Assembly (NCBI GenBank): GCA_043228905.1
Contig: JBHGNT010000688.1
Span: 1 to 17,566, forward strand
Reading direction: 5' to 3'
DNA length: 17,566 bases
DNA from: Azolla caroliniana
Taxonomy: Eukaryota; Plantae; Polypodiophyta
The notes beneath the pieces are model-generated. The model had not been told where the DNA came from and did no database searches. It worked only from the letters and a program-made list of their open reading frames with translations. Shown piece by piece: positions 8,956 through 17,566 of the stretch. Position numbers and translations under genes: made by a program. The first letter of the stretch is position 1. Every line of letters begins with the position of its first letter.

Positions 8956-9186
8956 AAACCCTATTACATCACTTTTTCTGATTTGTTTTACATGTGGTAG
9001 GAAGAGTTGAGGGATTAGGGTTTGGAATAGTTGAGGGTTTTTTTTTCTTGTTGAGGGATTAGGGTTTTACTACATAAAAGGAAGGAATAGATTATATAGA
9101 GGGCATCTAATTATTGCAACATGATAAGTAGGATATAACATATGGGGAGATTTGGAGGTGAGGGATTAGGGTTTAGGGTTTAGGGT
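8956..9186. promoter_or_regulatory. Telo-box / plant telomeric repeat cluster just 3' of a donor site (CAG|GTATGT, 8947)
   Basis: AAACCCTA at 8956; TTAGGGTTT at 9015 and 9059; three tandem TTAGGGT(T) units at 9166-9186; further copies at 9814-9827 and 11282. Confidence 0.6.
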
Positions 9187-10352
9187 CATAAAGTACATGG
9201 GTCGTACCATCACTGAATCATGGAGATCATTGCTCACCATGTCTAATCCACACAAGAAAACCTAGATACACTTGTTGAACTTCGTCATAGTCTCATTCCA
9301 CCTCACCAACTAACCTAATCATTCTACCACAAGCATTAAGATAATGATGATGGAGCTTTGGGAAATCTAGAGCTTGTATTTCTATTTCAATATGGATGAC
9401 ACATGGATTCAGCCATATTTGCAATCATAATTTGTGTCATGGGTTGATTTTGGCCTCTAGCAAATGTTAACAGATTTTCTTCATCACTTTAAGGTTAGGA
9501 TGAATGGCATTCTATTTCTTAAGGAACATAACCAAGCTTTGGTTTTCAATTAATTTAAGTTGTAATGAGATCTTTTGACAAGGCAACAATGATATGATTG
9601 TTTAATGTATATGAGATCGTGACAACTCAACAATACCTAAAATGCAACTTTTAGTGCTCGATATGTGTAAATGAATGCCATGGCTCCAGTCGTGGCTAAA
9701 AGACTGCTTCTTGAGGCAATATCATGGTGGCCAGATTGCGTATTGGTAGCATCCCAAATGGCACTGAACGTTTGACATCGATTCTTGATTGTTTATTCAT
9801 GGATGAGACATGGAAACCCTAAACCCTTTTTTATTGAGGTGAAGATATGTATCATTTCCGACATAATTCAGTAGTTGAATGCACTCTTCTATTTAAAGAT
9901 TAGTTGATGATAAATGTGCAAGTGAATCATTAGGTAATCATCATGCAAATGTTGTCATTTGCGAATGGTGTGTTCATAAATAACTTATTTTAATGGTTTG
10001 GCACATGGTTTGGTCACCATTTCACACGTTTAGAGTTAGTAATGTTTACATATGAAAGTTTCTGTTTAGAAAAGTTTTGGTTGTTTTGGTTCTCTTCTGG
10101 ACTGTATACGTACTAAAAAAGGAACAAAGGGAAAGGAGTACAAGCATTGACCATTTATGAACAATGGGTTGTATATGAATCAGTGATGTAAACATATGTA
10201 AGTGGCAATGTTGTATTAGATATACTTAGATAAATATGCATATGGCCACATTTATGTCTTCAAGTTTTAACGTCTTTTTTTGTAATTTACTGTGAAACTT
10301 GGGCTAACAGGTATCCTTGTGAAAGCAAACGATAACGCTTTTGATCAATCAC

Positions 10353-10610
10353 AAATTTGTGCTAGCCTCAACAACAATGCATCAATAACTGTAAGTTTTT
10401 TAATATAACATCTAATCTTCTGGTAATGCTACAAATGCAAATTTTATTTTGTACGAATCTGTGCCAGTCTCAATGACACAGAATCAGCAATGTTAAGTTT
10501 GTGTATCTAATCTTTTGGCAATGTCATATGTGATTATTTTTTGTACCAATCTGAGCTAGGATTCACAATGAAGCATCGGTAATGTAAGTTTCTACATATA
10601 ACAACTAATG
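10353..10610 (+). repeat. Degenerate ~92-102-bp tandem repeat (3 units) with splice-signal-like motifs
   Basis: AATYTGWGCYAG at 10354, 10456 and 10548, each followed 24-25 nt later by GT(T)AAGTTT and then a CTAAT motif. Confidence 0.65.
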
Positions 10611-11480
10611 TTGTATTAACTCCATAAGTCCTTCTTTGCTTCTTTAAATTGTTCTTTTTTCATAATGCAATGCAAGTAGTTGTTAACGCTGTGAAAGCAA
10701 CAACATGTGAAGCAGAATGCCAGTACATATCGAGTGAAAAGACCAAGAGCATGGTAATAACAAGTATTTAGTTACTTCCTACTATGTTTATTATTTAAGG
10801 TCGTACATGGCCAAACTGACATCTATATTTGTATGTTATGAAGAAATGACATTGAGTTGTATGTTCTAGTCCATTCAGATTTTATTTGATCACATAGGAC
10901 GTGGTTCGAAACTATACTTAATTGAGCACATAAAATACTTCATTCATGTGGGTATTTCTCTTTGGGTTGTGGACAAATAAACATAGGGAAATAATTTGAT
11001 CCCACTCACTCGCTGTCAATATCTGTGTGCCCCATTACTCATCAAAATATCCCAGCCAGTCCTTATAATATGTGGGTATATGAGATATCATTGTTTAAGA
11101 CATCATATCCAACAAAAATGATGCAATTATATTGATCTCTAATTTAGTGACCGAAATGATTTGCTTGAATGGTGGTAGATGGCTTCCAAGTCTAAGTACA
11201 AACATTGGTGGGATTTCGATAATGGTGACATATATCCAACTCAAGATAGGTATCTCACGAACCAATCTCCCCTAATACTGGTTTAGGGTTTGATGCATGT
11301 ATGTTGACTCGTGATTTGTTAAAGGGTCTTCGTTAGAAGACATTGGAGAAGTTCGTCAACCGACATGTCTAAGGGTGGGGAGAGAATGGATCAGACACTA
11401 GCGGTTCATCTACCTCCGATCGAGCCAATACATGCCATGGCAACATTTGACCAAGATGCTGCTCCAAATGGTATGCAGAT

Positions 11481-12345
11481 TTGGTGTCATTGCAATATGT
11501 CAATCTTTATGCCAATCTTAAATATGTAACACATATAGACGGAACAGATGCTCCTCGCCCAAACTTGTTGTATAAGGTTGGAAGAGATGCAAATGGCAAC
11601 AAGGCACATGCGTGTATCTATATTGAGTATCGCCGCCTCTCGCCAAGGTGGTATCGCAAAAAAAGTGACATGGAATCACATTTACTCAGGGAACATGGAA
11701 TAGGCATAGTCCTACCCCGAGGGATGCGTATAGAGGAGGAGGGTACTCCGGGGGCATGCTTTAATAGATATGAGCGTCAAAGATCACTTAGAAGATTCAT
11801 GGACCCCGAAATCAAGTACAATAGAAATCGCAAACACATATCCAAAAGTTGAAGGTTAGGGTTGTTTTGAGGTACAACTCTATTCCCACTGAACTCCATC
11901 TTGACACAGAGGCAGAGTTCGTAGCGCGATTTATGGACAATGAGATGGCCATATACGACTCCAAAAAGAATGAGCGTTTGGAGATGTTGACGAAGAAGAT
12001 AAGATCCGGTTTGGATTCTTTTGTAAGTATGAGCGAGGATTTCATTTGAGATATGTGTTGGAGGGTTTATTGGCAGAATTCAAATAATAACATGTTTCTT
12101 ATTGTGGTGAGAAGGTGTAAAAAGGCGGGGATATCCACCCAACCGCAGGGTGTGTCCACAAATGTGAGTGAGGCTCTAAACCCATCTGAGGGTGGTGTGT
12201 CCACTCCACCGAGACAGAGACGACAGAAGATGTCAGTCTGACGGAAGGAGGTTGAGTCAAACATTGATCTTTATGTCACCCTAACATCAGATTCAGATGA
12301 CGTTGCATCGGATGTGGCCACAATTCAAATTCAGCATAGCAAGGG
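11481..12345 (+). pseudogene. Disrupted coding remnant: C2H2-like zinc finger, charged helical region, basic NLS-like and SIM-like segments
   Basis: CIYIEYRRLSPRWYRKKSDMESHLLREH (11613-11696; second Cys position is TAT, one change from TGT); frameshift near 11850; PRQRRQKMSV*RK; IDLYVTLTSDSDD (~12263-12301). Confidence 0.5.
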
Positions 12346-12477
12346 CATAAGGTTGTGGATCCAAACACCGAATAAACACTTTTCCAAGTATTTTTTATGT
12401 GAAATATAAATTAGTATCCTACTAACTGACATTGAGTGTGATATACCTACTCAACCTACATATTTCAATGCATTCAG

Positions 12478-12967
12478 GTACTAGCTAACCTGCCAACGTC
12501 TCGATATGGCCCTTGACGTTACTGAGTCAGATCTTGAGAGCATGTGCAAGTGTCGTGAAATGGCATCAACGTGGACTATGACCTTATTCACATTGTTTAT
12601 GGAGTACTCGCTGCCACCCGGGTGACAGACCGCTTCACCATCGTCGACCCATTGTGGGTGTAGCTACACCAACAAACGGTGAAGGGGCAACCCATCCTTA
12701 GGAAGGTGGTTGAACGTGATTTGATGTTCATTTTGTTCGTGCTTGATGGCCATTAGGTGTTGTGGACGAATATGCGACAGAAAGTATCTAAGCTTACCAA
12801 CAAAGTAGTCTTCTGCGATCCATTAAACAACGCGGCGACTGACAACGTGCAGAGAATGGTAGAGTTGGCAATTCAGACCCTTTCATCTGAACCGTCAGAC
12901 CACAACATTGTGTCCGAGGGTCGACATCACGTTGTCGTGGTGTACTTTGTACACTACGTAAAACATA
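12478..12967 (+). pseudogene. Ulp1-like (peptidase C48, SUMO protease) domain remnant
   Basis: After acceptor TTCAG| (12477): LDVTESDLESM, then NVDYDLIH...FTIVDPLWV*...RDLMFILFVLDGH*VLW...KVVFCDPLN. This matches the C48 D-x-I-F-I-P...H-W-x-L...DSL pattern, with Trp mutated to TAG at 12754. Confidence 0.6.
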
Positions 12968-13581
12968 TGTGGAGTACCCGATTGACTAAGTATAAAGAAA
13001 TAGGAGAAATATTACAATAATTATGTTACATGCATAGGGTAAGATTTGAACCCTGTACCTCCATGTTACCGAGTTTAAGCCTTACCATTGTACTAGCATA
13101 TTATGAGTTTTAAAGTTTTGCTAAACTTTATCCCATGTAAATATTCTAGATAAGCATGATAGAAAAAGTTATTCATGCATACACACTCGAGTTAAAAGAA
13201 AAGATGTGATAGAAAGCTAATCATGCACATGTAGTGTGCATGAAAACTAAAGTCAGAAAAAGCATGATGCTTGCATGTGATAAACTTAGACTCTTCCATC
13301 ACTATATAAGGAAGAGAGAAAGATGTATAGTGGTTGTTGATTTTTTATAAGGGTTGATTAATATAGAATATTCGTGGGATTCATGATTTTGCCATCTATT
13401 TCTCTCTTACAATCTAAGTATCAATTAATACACTATACTCGTGGGATTCACAAGTTTCATATCTTCATCTTCCAATCTATTCATAACTAACCTTATCTCA
13501 TATTCTTCTTTCTCCTAGTCCAAAACCCCAGTGGTTCCCACCCGACTCACGCAAACGATCCGAGGCGAAAGGCCCGACACA
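12968..13581 (+). repeat. Putative 5' LTR of the gypsy element (start 12968 TGTGG or 13024 TGTTA)
   Basis: Ends ...CCCGACACA before the PBS; TATATAA at 13303; internal repeats TCGTGGGATTCA x2 and TGATAGAAA x2. The partner LTR is not in the window, so the left end is uncertain. Confidence 0.6.
13035..13100 (-). other. tRNA-like Pol III A-box/B-box sequence within the LTR
   Basis: Minus strand TAGTACAATGG (A-box, first T at 13095) and GGTTCAAATC (B-box, 13052-13043); T8-to-T54 spacing is 45 nt versus ~46 in tRNAs. Stems are degenerate. Confidence 0.55.
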
Positions 13582-13583
13582 AG

Positions 13584-13601
13584 TGGTGAACCCAACGTGA
13601 A
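13584..13601 (+). promoter_or_regulatory. Primer-binding site complementary to tRNA-Trp
   Basis: TGGTGAACCCAACGTGAA matches 17/18 to the complement of the plant cytosolic tRNA-Trp 3' end as I recall it (TGGTGAACCCGACGTGAA); the mismatch is CG>CA. Confidence 0.8.
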
Positions 13602-13602
13602 A

Positions 13603-13897
13603 ATGGGTGGCAAGGAGATGGAAAATCAACAAGAGGCTAATAACATGATGGCGATGTTCGAGTGGATACTACAAGAACAATATGCGATGTCGGAGATTGC
13701 GGCGATAGTAGAGCGGCTCGTGCAACGTAACGGGCAATTCAACGGGAAGGATGTGTTGCGATATTTGTGGGATTACAAGGCGAAAATGCTACAGTGCAGA
13801 ATATCGAAAGGATTGCCAGTGACATCCTTCAATCGGGTGGCTATGGACAGGCTTCAAGGAAGTATCCATGGGATACGACAACAAAATCCGACGTGGG
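13603..13897 (+). pseudogene. gag: N-terminal gag fragment
   Basis: MGGKEM...GQFNGKDVLRYLWDYKAKM...FNRVA...QNPTW has the F-x-G...(F/Y)L..Y...W pattern of gypsy gag and is cut exactly at the copia LTR boundary. Confidence 0.7.
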
Positions 13898-13956
13898 TGT
13901 AAAGAATCAAGAGATGGATTCTTGTGAAGCGGAATAGGTGTGAACTGTGTGTGTGT

Positions 13957-13988
<32 letters not shown>

Positions 13989-14315
13989 CAAAGAGACAGA
14001 GAGACAGAGAGACAGAGAGAGACAGAGTATACGCAAGGTTAAAAGTATATTGACAAAGGAGAAAGACTCAACATTGTACAAAGTGGGAGGAGGGTGCTTT
14101 ATATAGTCACCCTCTCTCTTCATTAACTACAAGACTCATGGAGCATGGGGAATGTGAAAGCTCATAAGTTATGTGTCATAGAATATGATTCTATGACTCA
14201 TACTAAATGCTAGAATACAAAGTGGTGACATAATGGTGACTCTTGATCGTTGGAGTGTCTCTTCACTCTCAAGGTGAGTTCACACACTAGACCAAGTTGA
14301 GCTTGATTCTCAACA
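13898..14315 (-). repeat. 3' LTR of the copia element (418 bp)
   Basis: Terminal inverted repeats TGTAAAGAATCAAG / CTTGATTCTCAACA (12/14 match); minus-strand TATATAAAG near 14105-14097; PPT directly adjacent. Confidence 0.9.
13946..14027. repeat. (TG)n(AG)n(ACAGAG)n compound microsatellite inside the copia LTR
   Basis: Direct reading. Confidence 0.95.
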
Positions 14316-14326
14316 CGCCCCCTCAA
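14316..14326 (-). promoter_or_regulatory. Polypurine tract
   Basis: TTGAGGGGGCG immediately precedes the TGTTGAG LTR start on the minus strand. Confidence 0.85.
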
Positions 14327-14473
14327 GCTCAAGTCGGGTCGGTTTCAGACGATATCCGAAATCCGCTTCAACTCACGTTCGGGAGTCCGCTTCGACTCGC
14401 GTCGACTCGCTTTATGCGGAGTTGTGGAATCTGTGCTCCAGCTTGCGTTGTGCGTACTTGCAGAATCTATGCG

Positions 14474-17400
14474 TTATTGCGTAGTGTCTTCAATACTCCC
14501 CCTCAAGCTTGGCAGGTCAGGGATTGTCAATCCGAGATCGGTCATGCATTGCCATAGCTTGTCGGCTCCTAAGGCTTTAGTGAAGATGTCAACCGTTTGA
14601 AGATTGGTGCTAATGTGTTGTAGGTCGACATCGCCAGCTAGAACGCGCTCTCGGATGAAGTGATAGTGCACTTCGATGTGCTTTGTCCGCGCGTGGAAGA
14701 TAAATACTACTCATGTTGTCGTAGTAAAGGGGAGTCGGATCCTTGATGGGAACGCCCAAATCCTTCAAAATCCTTTTAAGCCATACGGCTTCACATGTAG
14801 CTACGGCTGCGCCCCTATATTCCGCCTCCGTACTCAAAAGAGCGACGGTAGGCTGCTTCTTGCTACTCCAGGATATTGCTCCCTTGCCGAGGGAGAAAAC
14901 AAATACGGAGGTTGATCTTCTATCGGCTTTGTAGCTGGCCCAATTGGCGTATTTGTACCCCTCGAGTCGTAATGGCATCGCGGTCTTGTAGAGGATGCCG
15001 CAATCCATTGTGCCACTCACGTATCGTAGAACTCGCTTAACGCAATCCAAGTGAGTATCACACGGTGTTTGCATGAATTGGCAAAGGAGACTGACTGGAT
15101 AACTAAGATCGGGTCGAGTAATCGTGAGGTACATGAGACTCCCGATGAGTTGCCGATACTGAGTCGGCTCACACGCTGTGGTGCCGGAGTTCGCATCTAG
15201 TTTGAGATTGCGATCGAGCGGGGTTGCCGCGGATTTGCACTCAGCCATCCCGAACTTGTATAACAAGTTGAGGATGTAGTGCCATTGAGAGATCATGATT
15301 CCGGCCGGAGTCCGAATTACCTTGATGCCGAGGAAGTAGTGGAGCTCCTTCATGTCCGTCATCTCGAACTTGTCGGAAAGGAGGGATTTGACTTTATTGA
15401 TTTCAACGAGCTGCTCACTTCCAATGAATAGGTCATCCACATATAAAATGATGACGATCGGACTTACGGAATCGCTTCGTATGTAGAGGGAGTTGTCCAA
15501 TTTTGACATACGGAAGCCGATTTGATGAAGATATTGTGTTATCTTCGAATGCCAAGCACGCGGTGCTTGCTTGAGGCCATAGAGTGGCTTCTTGAGCCGG
15601 CAAACCGCTTTCGGATGGGTGCTCGAGTTGAAGCCAGGTGGTTGGATCATGTACACCTCCTCTTCTAATTCGCCTTGTAGAAAGGCGTTCTTGACGTCCA
15701 TTTGATGGAGGTGCCACCCTTTCGCCGCGGCAATCGCAATTACGGTCCGCACTGTCGTCATCTTTGCCACCGGGGCAAAGGTCTCTTCGTAGTCGACGCC
15801 ATGCGTCTGAGCGTATCCTTTTGCTACGAGTCGAGCTTTGTAGCGGTTTACAGAGCCATCGACGTTATACTTCACCTTGTAGATCCATCTGCATCTGATC
15901 GCCTTTTTGTGTGGTGAGGTGGAAAAGAGATCCCACGTCTCGTTCTTCCGTAGTGCCTTCATCTACTTGTTCATTGCTTCGATCCATCGCGGGTCCTTCG
16001 TGGCTTCCGAAAAGGTTTCCGGCTCCCGTACTGTCGCTACCTTCATCATAAAGGCATAATGGTACACCATATAATCGTTGTAGCTGAATCGGCTTACGGG
16101 GTTCTTTTCACGGGTGGAGCGACAGAGCTTTTCATTTGCTGAGATGAGGGCTTTCTTAGCTCCGATTGGTACATCGAAGCCGCCGAACTCACTATCGAGT
16201 GAGTGAGTCGACTCATAGTCGTCGAAACAATCATTTGCGTATTCCTCCATTTTCGCCTTGACCTTGTCCATCTTCGGGCTAGGCCGTGATGTGCTTTGAT
16301 CGCTCAAAGGCTCTTGTGGTCCGCTCAGTCAGGTCGTGATCGGACTCTCTTCGAACATGTGCGTAAGGCGATCCTCATCCTCTATCTCTTGTTCGGCGGA
16401 TTCCTGGTCGAGCAGAGTCGGAGTCGGAGTTGTCTCTGGTGCGTACCAGGATGCGGACTCATCAAAAACGACGTCTCGACTTACTCGAGATTTTCGAGTT
16501 GAGGGGTTGTAGCACTTGTACCCCTTTTGCTCCAGTGAGTATCCTACGAGGATACATTTCTCCAACTTCGGATCAAGCTTTTGACGCTTCTCGTCGGGGA
16601 TGTGCATGTACGCTATCGCGCCGAATATCTGGGTGTGCGATAAGTCTGGCTTCTTTCCAAAGTATTTTTCGTGCGGAGTGACCTCGTGCACGCCGGATGT
16701 TGTGCATCGGTTCATTAGGTAGACGGCCGTATTTGTAGCTTCGGCCCAATATGACTTGGGCATATGCTTCTCGTTCATCATGGCCTGTGCTACTTCGAGG
16801 ATGTGCCGATTTTTGCGCTCGGCTACCCCGTTTTGTTGCGGAGTGTGTCGGCAAGTGAATTCTCGCCGAATTCCTTCCTTTCAGAGATACGTCGTGAAGG
16901 CGTCCGAGAAGTACTCCTTGCCGCCGTCCGATCGAAGGCAACGTACATGTCGGCCCGTGGCTTTCTCGACTTCATTCTTGAAAGTTTGGAAGTGTCCGAA
17001 CACTTCGCTCTTTTGCCGCATCGGTTAGATCCAAGTGTGCCTAGAGAAGTCGTCGATGAAGAGCACGTAATATCGGCATCTGCCGAATGTAGCCGTCTGT
17101 GCCGGTCCCCATACGTCGGAATGGACTACGTCGAGTAGACCTTTGATCACGTTCCGCTCTTTCGGGAATGGGTGTCGGTGTTGCTTGCCGAATTGCCACG
17201 CTTCGCATACACCTTCATTCTCCTTCTCTTTGAATGTTGGGAGTCCGATGACGACTCCTTTTTATTTCATTGCTTTGAGTTTGTTGAGATTGATGTGGCC
17301 GATTTGCTTGTGCCATAGCTCTATGTCGGAGTCGGCTTTCGTGTTTTTCGTGAACATGGCGGATTTCATCTCGCGTGAATCAAGAATGAACATCGAGCCC

Positions 17401-17566
17401 TCTCTTCGTCCGCGTGCGATGAGTCGGCCCTCTTTTTCGATCAAGCAACCACCTTGATTAAATCGAACTTGCATCCCTTGCTCTACAATTTGGCCAACGG
17501 AGACCAAATTCTTCGTAATGGTCGGTACATGCAAGACATTTTTAATGTAATTTTGCTTACCTTCTT
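14474..17566 (-). pseudogene. pol: Inactivated copia pol (integrase, reverse transcriptase, RNase H)
   Basis: Motifs LWHKQIGH, VHSDVWGP, FIDDFSR, LRSDGGKEY, TPQQNGVAERKNR, KARLVAKGY, QMDVKNAFL, LYGLKQAPRAW, YVDD, TKHIEVHYHFIRE. In-frame stops at 17264, 17027, 16883, 16331 and 15965; deletion/frameshift near 14695; RNase H GYxDADWA degraded to GYKYANWA. Confidence 0.95.

Larger units (their letters stand above)
8451..12967 (+). mobile_element. Probable decayed DNA transposon carrying a Ulp1-like protease gene (superfamily unresolved); boundaries approximate
   Basis: Subterminal-like motif array, TATAAAAG at 8807, several plus-strand GT/AG splice-like sites, and stop/frameshift-laden ZnF and Ulp1-like remnants. 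No transposase recognised. Confidence 0.45.
12968..13897 (+). mobile_element. Ty3/gypsy-like LTR retrotransposon, 5' part (LTR, PBS, start of gag), interrupted by a copia insertion
   Basis: LTR-like segment ending in CA, an adjacent tRNA-complementary PBS, and a gag-like ORF starting immediately after the PBS. Confidence 0.75.
13898..17566 (-). mobile_element. Ty1/copia LTR retrotransposon (3' part; continues beyond right edge)
   Basis: Domain order on the minus strand is pre-integrase, INT, RT, RNase H, PPT, LTR. Confidence 0.97.

Noticed and set aside
9166-9186. Chromosome end or true interstitial telomere array
   Set aside because: Only three units, embedded in a locally repeated motif; treated as telo-boxes.
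9200-11300. Possible transposase exons
   Set aside because: No DDE, SWIM or other recognisable motif found in the segments I translated by eye; a profile search is needed.
13030-13102. Functional tRNA gene
   Set aside because: Acceptor, anticodon and T stems do not pair properly; only the promoter boxes are retained.
13854-14123. ORFs with LSLSLCL or RQRDRD runs
   Set aside because: Microsatellite translation artefacts.
14297-17457. Plus-strand and alternate-frame ORFs across the copia region
   Set aside because: Shadows of GC-rich pol with no independent motifs.

Overview
Land-plant nuclear DNA, most likely a fern (inferred from the PLS-PPR motif style; not verified). The left half is genic: exon 1 of an organelle-targeted YchF/Obg-like ATPase (minus strand, remaining exons off the left edge) and a long PLS-E class PPR gene with nine L-S-P triplets on a 306-bp period, no DYW domain and a rearranged 5' end. 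Both spacers flanking the PPR gene read as eroded LRR receptor genes: an RLP-like relic (~2060-2960, minus) and an LRR-kinase-like relic (~6795-8210, plus) containing a 258-bp tandem duplication. The right half is a probable three-level transposon nest. A decayed element with a C2H2-finger / SIM-like / Ulp1-protease-like gene is interrupted by a Ty3/gypsy element (tRNA-Trp PBS, LTR with an antisense tRNA-like A/B-box), whose gag is interrupted by an inactive Ty1/copia element in the opposite orientation. All calls are by eye and manual translation; no searches were run, and no novel system is established.
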